Below, piece after piece: positions 28,203 to 37,766 of a stretch of DNA of 64,000 bases. A program made the position numbers and the translations under genes. Source of the stretch: Candidatus Falkowbacteria bacterium GW2011_GWF2_43_32 (lineage in GTDB: Bacteria > Patescibacteriota > Patescibacteriia > Patescibacteriales > UBA12465); NCBI GenBank assembly GCA_000999715.1, contig LCGL01000001.1, positions 259,139 through 323,138 on the forward strand, in the 5' to 3' direction. Positions within the stretch are counted from its first letter, which is position 1; every line of letters begins with the position of its first letter. Under the pieces are notes generated by a model. It was not told where the DNA came from and did no database searches. It saw only the letters and a program-made list of their open reading frames with translations.

Positions 28203-29261
28203 TCAAGCGCCAAGCATGCCGATATCTTCCATATTTCTTTCCGCTACCTCCCGACTGATTTCGCCGGCTTGATATAATTCTTTGAGATGGCGGTCCAAAG
28301 TAATCATGCCGATTGAAGCGTTCGTTTCAATCGTGCTTTTAATCTGGGCGGTCTTCCCTTCCCTAATCAGATTGGCGATCGCCTCGTTGTTTATTAAAAC
28401 TTCCCGCGCCGCTATCCGTCCGCCCTTGATACGCGGTAATAATCTCTGGGAAATAATCGCCGACAAAACGCCGGACAACTGCGATTTGATTTGATTTTGT
28501 TGATGCGGCGGGAAACTGTCAATAATACGATCGACCGTCTGGGCCGCGTTATAAGTATGCAAAGTCGCAAACACTAAATGTCCGGTTTCCGCCAAAGTCA
28601 CGGCCGCGGCCATCGTTTCCGGGTCGCGCATTTCACCGAGCATAATCACGTTCGGGTCTTGGCGCAAAATATGCTTCAAGCCGGCGGCAAAACTCAACAT
28701 ATCTTCTCCCAATTGTCGTTGGGAAATAATGCTTTTGGCCGGCGTAAAAATATATTCTATCGGGTCCTCTAAAGTAATGATGTTAACGCCGCGCGTTTCG
28801 TTGATATAATTGATCATGGCGGCCAGCGTCGTGGACTTGCCGCAACCGGTCGGTCCGGTCACCAAAATAAATCCCTGCGGCAGATTCAAAAGATCTTCCA
28901 CCACCGGCGGCATGCCGATTTCCTGAAGCGAGGGCTTGCGACTGTCAATCACGCGAGCGACAATCCGAGTATTATTTTTTTCAAAAGAAAAATTAATCCG
29001 ATAACGATAGGCTTCAACTTGATAGCCCAAATCCAAATCGCGTTTGTCCGAAAAGCGCGCCCTTTGTTCTTTGGACAACAAAGTCTGAGAAAAGCTTTCC
29101 AAATCGGCGGCCGTTAATTTGGCGAAGGCGCCGTCGGGAACAATTTTATTGATATCCGACAGCTCCCCGTCAATTCGTAAAATCGGCGCTTGATCAAAAA
29201 GCAAATGAATATCCGAAGCTTTTTTTTCCGCCGCCAGTTTTAAGAGATTATTGATATCCAT
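28203..29261 (-). CDS. pilT: type IV pilus retraction ATPase PilT-like
   Basis: Walker A GPTGCGKSTT and PilT signature AIANLIREGK. The start is set at MDINNLL (29261), which avoids overlap with rnc. Confidence 0.85.
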   Translation of the reverse strand: MDINNLLKLAAEKKASDIHLLFDQAPILRIDGELSDINKIVPDGAFAKLTAADLESFSQTLLSKEQRARFSDKRDLDLGYQVEAYRYRINFSFEKNNTRIVARVIDSRKPSLQEIGMPPVVEDLLNLPQGFILVTGPTGCGKSTTLAAMINYINETRGVNIITLEDPIEYIFTPAKSIISQRQLGEDMLSFAAGLKHILRQDPNVIMLGEMRDPETMAAAVTLAETGHLVFATLHTYNAAQTVDRIIDSFPPHQQNQIKSQLSGVLSAIISQRLLPRIKGGRIAAREVLINNEAIANLIREGKTAQIKSTIETNASIGMITLDRHLKELYQAGEISREVAERNMEDIGMLGA

Positions 29262-29265
29262 AAAT

Positions 29266-29958
29266 TTACCACTCCAATTTTTTAATTCCCTTGGCCGCCG
29301 CGTCAACCTGGGCTTCTTGCTTGGACGAGCCTTGACCGGTGGCGATCAAGTCTTCTTCAAAATATAAACCGATGGTAAAAATTTTGGCGTGATCCGGACC
29401 GACCTCGTCCAAAATTTGATAATGCGGCGTAATCCCTTTTATTTCTTGCGCTTTTTCCTGCAAGCGAGATTTCGGGTCCAAATAAGTTTGATTCTCCAGA
29501 ATATCGTCCAATTTGGAAATCACATTTTTCTTGATAAATTTCTTGGCCGTTTCCAATCCTTGATCCAAATAAATCGCGCCGATAATCGCCTCTACGGCAT
29601 TGGCTAAAATAAACTGACGAGATTTTTTATTCTTGTCGCGCGCTTCGCCTCGCGACAAATACAGACAACTCTCGATATCCAACTCTTTAGCTATTTCATA
29701 AAGCATTTTGGCGTTGACCAAAGACGCCCGCCAATTGGTCAAATCCCCTTCGGGCGTGGAAGTGAAACTGAGATACAAATATTCCGTCACGACGATTTCC
29801 AAAACCGCGTCGCCCAAAAACTCCAGTCGCTCGTTATGACCGATTTTAAATTCCGAGTGTTCGTTCAAATAAGAACGATGCACCATCGCTTGTTTGAGCA
29901 AGCTTTCGTCTTGAAACTTCACTCCCAAGCGTTTTTGCAATTTAATCAAATCATTCAT
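29266..29958 (-). CDS. rnc: ribonuclease III
   Basis: Signature NERLEFLGDAVL plus a C-terminal dsRBD. The start is set at MNDLIKLQ (29958). The longer ORF's K/R-rich N-terminus is an out-of-frame read of the nusB 3' end. Confidence 0.9.
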   Translation of the reverse strand: MNDLIKLQKRLGVKFQDESLLKQAMVHRSYLNEHSEFKIGHNERLEFLGDAVLEIVVTEYLYLSFTSTPEGDLTNWRASLVNAKMLYEIAKELDIESCLYLSRGEARDKNKKSRQFILANAVEAIIGAIYLDQGLETAKKFIKKNVISKLDDILENQTYLDPKSRLQEKAQEIKGITPHYQILDEVGPDHAKIFTIGLYFEEDLIATGQGSSKQEAQVDAAAKGIKKLEW

Positions 29959-30013
29959 AAAGCAGATTTTAAACCAATGGCGCCCCGAATGGGGGCGCCG
30001 GTAATTCATAAAA

Positions 30014-30523
30014 TTATTTTTCTGCGACCGCCGCCTCTTTTTCGGCCCCCTCTTTTTCGGCTTCCTCTTTTTTGGCCGCCTCCACCTCTTCTTTATTGTC
30101 TCTCTTTTGAACTTCCGGATCGTCGTTATATAAAGCGCCCAGAACGCCATTGATAAATTTCCCGGAAGCGTCGCCGCCGAAACTTTTGGCCACTTCAATC
30201 GCCTCGTTAATGGCTACGCGCGGCGGAACGGCCGTATACAACAATTCATAAATGCCCAAGCGTAAAATATTGCGATCAACGGTCGTAATCTGATCCAAGG
30301 GCCACTCCGTCGCGTATTTGATAATATATTTGTCAATCGCCTCTATTTGATCGCGAACGCCAATCACCAAATCTTTCACAAAACCGCCATCGTCAAAATT
30401 CGGAGCGAAGTTGGCAAAATTATCGACGATTAATCGCTCGATATCGTCGTCTTTTCTGCCGTTAAAATCCCAGGCAAATAAAGTTTGCAAAGCGATGGTT
30501 CGCGCCAAATGTCTGTTGGACAT
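30014..30523 (-). CDS. nusB: transcription antitermination factor NusB with E/K/A-rich C-terminal tail
   Basis: NusB core (RTIALQTLFAWDF ... INEAIEVAKSFG ... FINGVLG) followed by about 30 charged residues. Confidence 0.85.
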   Translation of the reverse strand: MSNRHLARTIALQTLFAWDFNGRKDDDIERLIVDNFANFAPNFDDGGFVKDLVIGVRDQIEAIDKYIIKYATEWPLDQITTVDRNILRLGIYELLYTAVPPRVAINEAIEVAKSFGGDASGKFINGVLGALYNDDPEVQKRDNKEEVEAAKKEEAEKEGAEKEAAVAEK

Positions 30524-30525
30524 AA

Positions 30526-30723
30526 TTATTTTTTCTTAGCCGCTTTGATTTTGATTTTCAAAATCTCTTTGCCTCGATAAGAGCCGCACAAAGCGCAGGC
30601 CGTATGAGGTTTCACGGCGGCGCCGCATTTCGGACATTTATTCAAGACTATCTTTTTTAAAGCCAGATGCGCCCGGCCTTGATGAGTTTTACTATGGGTT
30701 TTGCGTTTTTTAGGGTTTGCCAT
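30526..30723 (-). CDS. rpmF: 50S ribosomal protein L32
   Basis: 65 aa. N-terminus MANPKKRKTHSK and Zn-ribbon CPKCG...CALCG. Confidence 0.9.
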   Translation of the reverse strand: MANPKKRKTHSKTHQGRAHLALKKIVLNKCPKCGAAVKPHTACALCGSYRGKEILKIKIKAAKKK

Positions 30724-30821
30724 ATTGATTGAAACTTTTAAACATTTTCTTCGCCGTCAGGCGAATTTAATTTATTATTTTTATCTAATTAGCTCAATTT
30801 CAGTATATCTCAAATTCAATA

Positions 30822-32672
30822 TTAGTCAACCGAAACAGCCGCCTCGCGCTTCGCCGGTTTCGGTCCGACCAACTGCTCAAATTCCTCTTTTTCCAGAGTT
30901 TCTTTCTCCAACAGAACCAAAACAATTTTTTCCAATTGTTCTTTTTCCCGATTGATAATCTCGGCCGCTTGCGCTTCGCCTTGTTTGATAAAGCCGCTGA
31001 TTTCTTGATCGATTTGCTCGGCAACTTTTTCGCTATAGTCCCGCTGTTCGTGAATTTCTCTGCCCAAGAAAATCATTTCTTCTTTTTCGCCATAAGTCCG
31101 CGGACCCAAGTGATCGCTCATGCCGAAATCGGTAATCAGGCTACGCGCCAAAGAAGTCGCGCGACGCAAATCCGACGTCGCGCCGGTCGTCACCTCTCCG
31201 AAAATCGTTTTCTCCACCAAATGTCCGGCCAACAAGACGGCAATTTCGGAAATGAATTCCGATTTGGAATGCATATGACGATCCTCAGACGGAACTTTCA
31301 AGGTATAACCGCCGGCCGAACCGCGCGCAATGATGGAAACCTTATGCACCGGATCGGCGTCCGGCAAAAAATGCGCGACTAAAGCGTGTCCCGCTTCGTG
31401 ATAGGCAGTAATCTTCTTTTCTTTGTCGGTAATCACCCGACTTTTCCGTTCCGGTCCGATCATCACTTTTTCAATCGCTTCAAACAAATCTTCATTGACG
31501 ATTTCTTTTTTATTATTTCGCGCCGCCAAGATAGCCGCTTCGTTAAGAATGTTGGCCAAGTCCGCTCCGGAAAATCCCGAGGTCCGCCCGGCCACGACTT
31601 TCAAATCCACTTTCTTGCTTAACGGTTTCTTGCGAGCGTGCACCAACAAAATGTCTTCTCTATCCTTCAAATCCGGCAAATCAATCATCACCCGACGATC
31701 AAAACGACCGGGACGCAAAAGCGCCGGATCCAAAACATCGGGACGATTGGTCGCGGCAATAACGATAATACTTTGCGTCGGCTCAAACCCGTCCATCTCC
31801 ACTAAAATTTGATTCAAAGTCTGCTCTCTTTCATCATGACTCCCTCCCAGGCCGGCACCGCGACGGCGACCGACCGCGTCAATTTCATCGATAAATACGA
31901 TGCAAGGTGCGTTCTTTTTGGCTTTTTCAAACAGCGACCGGACACGCGAAGCGCCGACTCCGACAAACATTTCCACAAATTCCGAACCGGACATATGAAA
32001 AAACGGCACTTGCGCTTCCCCGGCGACCGAACGGGCCAAAAGAGTTTTTCCGGTTCCGGGCGCGCCCAATAACAGAACGCCGCGCGGAATCTTGGCTCCC
32101 AAGTCATGAAACTTTTTCGGAAAACGAAGAAACTCCACGATTTCCTGCAATTCTTCTTTAGCTTCTTTCGCACCGGCGACATCTTTGAAAGTGGCGCGAT
32201 TCTTGGCATCCGGCTTAAAATCCTTAGCGGTTGACTGACCGAAACTCATCGCTCGAGAATTGGCCCCCTGCAAACCGCGCATGGTGAAAAAAATAAAAAT
32301 ACCGACCAAGAGAAGCGGCAAAAGAAAAGGAATGATATTGGCCAACCAATAATCCCACCCGCTCTCGTCTTTAACGGAAATTTTGACTCCGGCCACTTTA
32401 GCCGGATCAACCGCGAAATTGCTCAAAAGAGCGGACAAAGATTCGTTCGGCTCTTTCCGGATACTTTCCGATTTGCCGTCCTTCAAAGTGGCAGTAATTT
32501 TGTCGCCGCTGACGACCAATTCGCCGATTTCATCATTATTGATTCGACTAATCAAGGTTTCCAGGCCAACCGTTTCACTTTTCCCTTTCTGGTCGGTGAA
32601 AGAACTGAAGACCGCCGCGATTACCAAAAAAATAATGAAAAATAGCAAAAAATTTCTAATTAATTTTTTCAT
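30822..32672 (-). CDS. ftsH: ATP-dependent zinc metalloprotease FtsH
   Basis: N-terminal TM helices, AAA motifs [11 protein letters not shown] and DEIDA, SRH, and HEAGH zinc site. Confidence 0.97.
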   Translation of the reverse strand: MKKLIRNFLLFFIIFLVIAAVFSSFTDQKGKSETVGLETLISRINNDEIGELVVSGDKITATLKDGKSESIRKEPNESLSALLSNFAVDPAKVAGVKISVKDESGWDYWLANIIPFLLPLLLVGIFIFFTMRGLQGANSRAMSFGQSTAKDFKPDAKNRATFKDVAGAKEAKEELQEIVEFLRFPKKFHDLGAKIPRGVLLLGAPGTGKTLLARSVAGEAQVPFFHMSGSEFVEMFVGVGASRVRSLFEKAKKNAPCIVFIDEIDAVGRRRGAGLGGSHDEREQTLNQILVEMDGFEPTQSIIVIAATNRPDVLDPALLRPGRFDRRVMIDLPDLKDREDILLVHARKKPLSKKVDLKVVAGRTSGFSGADLANILNEAAILAARNNKKEIVNEDLFEAIEKVMIGPERKSRVITDKEKKITAYHEAGHALVAHFLPDADPVHKVSIIARGSAGGYTLKVPSEDRHMHSKSEFISEIAVLLAGHLVEKTIFGEVTTGATSDLRRATSLARSLITDFGMSDHLGPRTYGEKEEMIFLGREIHEQRDYSEKVAEQIDQEISGFIKQGEAQAAEIINREKEQLEKIVLVLLEKETLEKEEFEQLVGPKPAKREAAVSVD

Positions 32673-32805
32673 GAATTTAAGATTAATTTTGTATCTATAT
32701 TATAGGCGGAAAAAGCCGTTTTGGCAATGCCGCGCGCCATCGATTTGAATAACAAAAATGCCCTGTTTCAGGACATTCTTGTCTATATTGATTTTCTAAA
32801 ATAAT

Positions 32806-34098
32806 TTATTTTTTCTTTTTGGCCGTCTGGGACTTTTTATCTTTTTTGCCGTCTTGTTCATCGGCCGCCGGCGAATCCTTGTCTTGATCCGCGACCTCTT
32901 TTTTTTCTTTTGTTTCTTTGGCCGTTTCTTTTTCCGTTTCTTCATCGGCTTGGTCGGCTTTTTTCGTCTTAGCCGGTTTTTCTTTGGTCCCCGCCGACTT
33001 AGATTTCGCCCCCTCGTCGGCCAACTTTAAACCCAAGCGATGTTCGCCCGGAGTGATGCTGACGATTTCAAAATTATTTTCTTCTCCCGGTTGATATAAT
33101 TCGGTAATTTTCTCTTTAACCTCCAAATTTAATTGGCTGATATGCGCCAAGCCATGAATGTCATCGTCAAGTTTGACGAATAATCCGAAAGGATTGACTT
33201 TCAAAATCACGCCCGGCACGACTTGGCCGATTTGATATTTGGCGCTGGCCTCCAACCAAGGATCTTTCAGCAATTTCTTGGCGCTCAAAAACACTTTGGC
33301 GCCATCAATGGAAATGATTTCCGCTTTGATCTTATCGCCGACTTTATACATCTCGCTCGGAGAATCGATTCTTTGCCAAGCCAACTCGGAAATATGAATC
33401 AAGCCTTCGATATTTTCGCCGAAAGAAATAAAAACGCCGAAATTGGTGATGGCCGTAATTTTTCCTTCCGCGACCATGCCAATCTGATATTTATCCAAAG
33501 CCGGTTTCTGTTTTCTGTTCCAAACGTCCTTTTCACTGAAAATCACTTTATTGTCTTCTTCGTTTAAAGTAATGACCGTCACTTCAAATTCCTGACCGAC
33601 AAATGATTTCAATTTTTCCAAAATTTTGCTCTTGTCGCCGCCGGAGATGCGCGGATAATTTTCCGGTGCCAACTGCGAAACCGGCAAAAATCCGTCAATC
33701 TGACAATAACGGCTCAACAAACCGCCCTTATTGGCGTCCATGATTTTAACTTTAATCGTGGTCTTGTCTTTAAACGCCTGACGCAATTTATTCCAGGCTT
33801 TTTCCTGCCCGACCAAACGAAAAGACAGCTCCAATTCGCCGTTCTCGTTTTCGGCGTCTATCACCGCCGCCTCGATTTCGTCGCCCGGTTTCAAGCGAGA
33901 AAATTCTTCCACTTCGTTATAAAGTTCCGGACCGCGGATGATACCCATCAACACGCCGTCAACATCCAACTTCACTTCCGATTTGGAAGCGGCTACGACT
34001 TTACCTTTGACAATATCTCCGGTTTGCGGAATTTTAATATTGTCTTTTTTCAATAATTTTTCAAACTCGTCCAATTGTTCTAAATTTTGGTCGTCCAT
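32806..34098 (-). CDS. rpsA: 30S ribosomal protein S1-like (four S1 domains) with Lys/Glu-rich tail
   Basis: Repeated S1 motifs (G.I.G.V, GLIHISEL, GLAHISQL). The start is set at MDDQNLEQ (34098). Confidence 0.8.
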   Translation of the reverse strand: MDDQNLEQLDEFEKLLKKDNIKIPQTGDIVKGKVVAASKSEVKLDVDGVLMGIIRGPELYNEVEEFSRLKPGDEIEAAVIDAENENGELELSFRLVGQEKAWNKLRQAFKDKTTIKVKIMDANKGGLLSRYCQIDGFLPVSQLAPENYPRISGGDKSKILEKLKSFVGQEFEVTVITLNEEDNKVIFSEKDVWNRKQKPALDKYQIGMVAEGKITAITNFGVFISFGENIEGLIHISELAWQRIDSPSEMYKVGDKIKAEIISIDGAKVFLSAKKLLKDPWLEASAKYQIGQVVPGVILKVNPFGLFVKLDDDIHGLAHISQLNLEVKEKITELYQPGEENNFEIVSITPGEHRLGLKLADEGAKSKSAGTKEKPAKTKKADQADEETEKETAKETKEKKEVADQDKDSPAADEQDGKKDKKSQTAKKKK

Positions 34099-34254
34099 AT
34101 AAACAAAAAAAATCTCTAACCCGATCTGACAATCAGGCCCGGCGGTCACTTCCGCTCGTCTCGTCAAAGACAAGCTTATAATCCGCAGGCTTTATTAAAA
34201 GTGATCTTAAATTAACTTCTCACAGTATATAGAAAAACTCGCCGGCTGTCAATC

Positions 34255-35325
34255 CTAAGCGACTTCCCTTTTCAAGCCGGGCTTGAGAGCTTTTTTCAGT
34301 CTAATTGTCTTATTAATTCGTTCCGGTCCGGCCGCTTTCGGCTGGCGCGGCAACAAACCCTCAATCAAATTGACGAAAACATAGGTCAACTGAGGATTAT
34401 TTTTATCCGGCACGATTTTTTGATTCTGACGATCGTAAAAATAATCTCCCGGATCCTCTTCTCCGTCCGCAACATATTTTTCTACGGCGCCGTTCGTCGA
34501 TTTTTTATAATTGACCAATTGTTCGCGTTCGCGAAATTTTTCCGCTTTGAAATAACCCTTGCCCCACGCCCCTTTTTCCACCATATATTCGCCGTACTCG
34601 TTGGCTTGTTCCAAAATATCTTCCGTTTTCAACGGCTCGCCTTGTGCGTCAAAAACATAAATTCCCCGACGCTGTTTAGCCGGCATTCTCAACCAAGCGT
34701 AAGCTCTGGTCATCAAATCTATTTCTCCGGCCGAATATTCCGGCGCCTGCGCTTTAATGCGGGAAAATTCTTTTCTCAAAGCGCCGATTTTCCGTTTGGT
34801 TTCCAATTTTTCTTCCCTGGCCGCTTTATCCCTGGCCACTTTTCTGAAAAATGCCTCGCGTCTGGTTTTCAATAAGTCGGCATCAATTTTGGCATCCAGA
34901 TTTTCTTCTTCGGTATTAAAATATCCTTGACGAGCCGTTTCCAAATCGCGAGCCAATCTGGCTTTTTCAAAATGGGCTTTCTTTTGCCGCTTGTCGTCGT
35001 CGGCAATGTTCCTCAAACGTCGCGCCGTCGCGAAGGACGATTCCAAACGCACATCATCAAGTTTGTCTTCCGCCTCCTGACTGCCCGGAGCGGTCATGGC
35101 ATTGTACTCGTCATTGGAAATATCTTCTCCGGTTTTAAAATTGTTCTTTTTGGCTACCCGCTCTTGATCTTGAAACCAATCTTCATTTTCATGATATTCA
35201 TCCGCAGATTCAATGTTGCGCAAATTACGCCCCTGATCGCCGATACCGGTCGCTCCTTTGGCGCTCATCTTCTCCAAACTTTTGTCTCGTCGCGGTCGAA
35301 ATCCTATTTTTTCAAAAAAACCCAT
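34255..35325 (-). CDS. hypothetical protein (356 aa, highly charged)
   Basis: ORF with backbone-like composition. No recognisable domain. Confidence 0.4.
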   Translation of the reverse strand: MGFFEKIGFRPRRDKSLEKMSAKGATGIGDQGRNLRNIESADEYHENEDWFQDQERVAKKNNFKTGEDISNDEYNAMTAPGSQEAEDKLDDVRLESSFATARRLRNIADDDKRQKKAHFEKARLARDLETARQGYFNTEEENLDAKIDADLLKTRREAFFRKVARDKAAREEKLETKRKIGALRKEFSRIKAQAPEYSAGEIDLMTRAYAWLRMPAKQRRGIYVFDAQGEPLKTEDILEQANEYGEYMVEKGAWGKGYFKAEKFREREQLVNYKKSTNGAVEKYVADGEEDPGDYFYDRQNQKIVPDKNNPQLTYVFVNLIEGLLPRQPKAAGPERINKTIRLKKALKPGLKREVA

Positions 35326-35437
35326 ATATTTAAATCTTTTGGTGAAAATAAATTTTTCACTGCTATATTAAATTGATTATTTTCAAAAATCAACCGGTGA
35401 CTGAATAAAAACAGTTGGCGCCACATTCCTCGCTAAC

Positions 35438-35719
35438 TTAATTCCAGCGCTTTTTAGGATCGTTAACGATGTCTAAATATTCTTTGACTTTTCTGACCGC
35501 CGCCGGATCGGCCATTCTCCGGTCAACCTCGCGAGTGACTTGCTCTATATAACTCTCATCGCTGTCCTGAAGACTGCCCGTTGAGTATTTCTCGTCGGGA
35601 TTACCGCTAAAACTCGCCTCCACTTCCGCCTCCATTTGTTTGCGGATGGCAGCCATTTCTTCTTGAGAAGATCGGGACATTTCCCGCGGTCGCGCCGCTA
35701 AAGCTCCTTCGATGTTCAT
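35438..35719 (-). CDS. hypothetical protein (93 aa, acidic)
   Basis: ORF. The ATG at 35719 (MNIEGAL) is preferred over the TTG at 35740. Confidence 0.4.
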   Translation of the reverse strand: MNIEGALAARPREMSRSSQEEMAAIRKQMEAEVEASFSGNPDEKYSTGSLQDSDESYIEQVTREVDRRMADPAAVRKVKEYLDIVNDPKKRWN

Positions 35720-35751
35720 ATTTTTGTGGTTAATAATCAAAGACTCTTTTA

Positions 35752-35775
35752 TATTATGATAATTATATCATAATA
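35752..35775. repeat. perfect 9-bp inverted repeat with 6-nt spacer (possible operator)
   Basis: TATTATGAT-AATTAT-ATCATAATA, about 35 nt upstream of the minus-strand start at 35719. On the minus strand its centre reads TATAAT. Confidence 0.35.
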
Positions 35776-35832
35776 ACCCCAAAAAATGTAAATGTCCAGA
35801 CGGGACGGCCAATGATTATCGGGGTGTATTCA

Positions 35833-35861
35833 TTGACAAATAATTAAAATAGTTCTAATAT
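35833..35861 (+). promoter_or_regulatory. near-consensus sigma70 promoter
   Basis: TTGACA, 17-nt spacer, TAATAT, 41 nt upstream of the ATG at 35902. Confidence 0.5.
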
Positions 35862-35901
35862 ATAGACTTCTTTTAAAATTAACCAAAAAACTCTCGTCTT
35901 C

Positions 35902-36225
35902 ATGAAGAAACAAGTTAAGCCAAGGTTAGATCAACAAAAATTGAATCTAATTACCAGAATTCTCGGCGAAGGCCCTGTCTCTCCCGTATATAAAGGAAAG
36001 CTCAAAAAAATAGAGCTAATTGACGGGAAAATGATTATTTCTTTTAAATCTTATTCGGAATATATTGAAGGAAAATGGGTAAAAAAACCCTGCCCCTCGG
36101 ATATGGCCATAGATTTGAAAAGTGTGATACCCGTTTGGCGCGATGCCAATCACGGTTCGGCGTTATTCGTTAAAAACACTTTTCACCATCCAACCACGAT
36201 TAAGAATTGGAAGTTCTATATTTAA
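35902..36225 (+). CDS. hypothetical protein (107 aa)
   Basis: ORF bracketed by a consensus promoter and two terminators. AT-rich. No recognisable motif. Confidence 0.45.
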   Translation: MKKQVKPRLDQQKLNLITRILGEGPVSPVYKGKLKKIELIDGKMIISFKSYSEYIEGKWVKKPCPSDMAIDLKSVIPVWRDANHGSALFVKNTFHHPTTIKNWKFYI

Positions 36226-36231
36226 TAAAAT

Positions 36232-36257
36232 AAAACACCGATAAAAAGGTGTTTTTT
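36232..36257 (+). terminator. intrinsic terminator
   Basis: AAAACACC-GATAAAAA-GGTGTTTTTT. Confidence 0.6.
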
Positions 36258-36267
36258 AATTAATCAC

Positions 36268-36295
36268 AAAAAGACGAGATGGTTCTCGTCTTTTT
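36268..36295. terminator. bidirectional terminator
   Basis: AAAAAGACGAG-ATGGTT-CTCGTCTTTTT. Confidence 0.6.
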
Positions 36296-36301
36296 GTTGG
36301 T

Positions 36302-36334
36302 GAGGTCTTGGCGCGGGGTGGTTATGAATTTGAG
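36302..36334. repeat. degenerate third copy of the 33-nt island repeat
   Basis: GAGGTCTTGGCGCGGGGTGGTTATGAATTTGAG. By my count it matches copy A at 21 of 33 positions ungapped, and at 12 of the last 15. Confidence 0.3.
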
Positions 36335-36340
36335 GAAATG

Positions 36341-36366
36341 AAAAAGCCCTTAAAAAATAAGGGCTT
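36341..36366 (-). terminator. terminator overlapping the stop of the 389-aa gene
   Basis: Stem AAGCCCTT/AAGGGCTT. On the minus strand it is followed by UUUCAUUU. Confidence 0.5.
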
Positions 36367-37534
36367 ACTGCTTATTCATAACTAGTTTAATGTTCTTTAT
36401 AACATTATCGACTTCCTCAACTTGCAAATGAGTTAATGTGCGCTCTAAGAACTCATCACCACCATCGAAGTAATCATTTAAAGAAAAAGCATGTATTCCT
36501 TGCAAGGGCAGACATGAAGTTAGTAAAGTTCTACGTAAATAATTATAAAAATTATCGCCTTTTAATAAATCAAAAAGAAAAATACTTCTTTTGATTTTTT
36601 CCCTCATCTCCACGGTAAAATCCCGCCAACCATTATAATCCTCTTCGGCCCAAACCGTCAGCTGAAGACTGTCTAATAGTAAATTTAAAGAAAGAAGATT
36701 GCCTTCTTGCGCGGCAGCGATAAAATCCAAAGCAACCAAATTACGCTTTCTTTTATCTTCCTTGTTAAGGCAGGCGTAAAGAGTATAAAGCTCGTGTTGG
36801 TGTTTTTTAACTAGCCGGCGAAACTCGCTTGTGCCTTTATAGAAATTTACTTCTTTGACTGCGCCCTTATACCTCCATTTGTCATGCCATTTTTTGTCTA
36901 GCCTGGAAATCACTTGATCCCAATCGTTCTTAAAAACAATCCCTATCTGCTTATCCAGGGAACCGTTGTGCCTCTCAATCCAATTAGGAGAAAAAAAGGG
37001 CGGATTTTCCTTTTCTAAAAGATCAGAAAGCCTCTTTATTATCTTATCCTTATCTCCTCCATATTTAATCAGGCGGCGATAAGAGAATTTTTGGATATCA
37101 AATTTATCAAAAACGAATTTCCAATCAATTCCATTATCGGCATTCCGAAAACCCCGTTTAATCGATAAATATAGGGCGTAAGAATTATTTCTAATCCATT
37201 GTGGCATCGGTTTAGAGATTTTCTTTTCTTTCAAAAGATTCGCTAAACGGCTAAACTCTTCTTCATTTAAAAAGTATAAAATTTCTTTCCGAACTTCACG
37301 ACAAATAATATCTGCCTCTTCTTTATACTCAGAGAATGGGGCGAGCGCCTCTTTTACTTTTAAGTTGCACCACTTAGCAATATGACAAGGGTTAGGCTTC
37401 GTAGGAAGCGTAGATAAAATGGAATTAATTATTTTCCATTTTTTTTGATTAAGTACTATTCCCTCTTTAGCGGCCGCTTTAATAATACAACGACTGACAA
37501 AATCAGGCGATAAAGCTTTTCCGGTTCTACTCAT
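36365..37534 (-). CDS. hypothetical protein (389 aa), island gene 3
   Basis: Long AT-rich ORF with no motif I can assign. Confidence 0.5.
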   Translation of the reverse strand: MSRTGKALSPDFVSRCIIKAAAKEGIVLNQKKWKIINSILSTLPTKPNPCHIAKWCNLKVKEALAPFSEYKEEADIICREVRKEILYFLNEEEFSRLANLLKEKKISKPMPQWIRNNSYALYLSIKRGFRNADNGIDWKFVFDKFDIQKFSYRRLIKYGGDKDKIIKRLSDLLEKENPPFFSPNWIERHNGSLDKQIGIVFKNDWDQVISRLDKKWHDKWRYKGAVKEVNFYKGTSEFRRLVKKHQHELYTLYACLNKEDKRKRNLVALDFIAAAQEGNLLSLNLLLDSLQLTVWAEEDYNGWRDFTVEMREKIKRSIFLFDLLKGDNFYNYLRRTLLTSCLPLQGIHAFSLNDYFDGGDEFLERTLTHLQVEEVDNVIKNIKLVMNKQ

Positions 37535-37657
37535 GATATCTAGTTTTAGTTGTTTATATTTTTAAAGTTCTATTTTTACTTAATAGAACAAAATAACATA
37601 TATATCCATAAATATCAAATGATTTATAAGCCCCCGAAAACGTATTCTTAGAGTACC

Positions 37658-37687
37658 AAAAAATGCCCTAAAGTTAAGGCATTTTTT
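37658..37687. terminator. bidirectional terminator downstream of the protease gene
   Basis: AAAAAATGCC-CTAAAGTTAA-GGCATTTTTT. Confidence 0.6.
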
Positions 37688-37691
37688 ATTG

Positions 37692-37724
37692 GAGCTCCTT
37701 TTGCAGTTTGGTTATAAATTCAAT
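37692..37724. repeat. 33-nt island repeat, copy B
   Basis: GAGCTCCTTTTGCAGTTTGGTTATAAATTCAAT, identical to copy A at 31 of 33 positions. Confidence 0.75.
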
Positions 37725-37766
37725 AAAATTTAAAAAATATATTTTTCCAAAATAGCTATCTTTAAA

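Noticed and set aside
29959-30198. An 80-aa Lys/Arg-rich N-terminal extension of the RNase III ORF (KKRWRRPKKRKPKKRGPKKRRR).
   Set aside because: It overlaps the 3' end of nusB in another frame and mirrors its E/K-rich tail. RNase III homology starts at MNDLIKLQ (29958).
36309-36335. A possible degenerate direct repeat of the tRNA-Gly 3' end (TGGCGCGGGG..GAAT versus TGGAGCGGGTAACGGGAAT) that could mark an att site at the far end of the island.
   Set aside because: There is only a 9-nt seed (8 of 9 matching) plus scattered matches. The alignment needs gaps, is compatible with chance, and no integrase is present.
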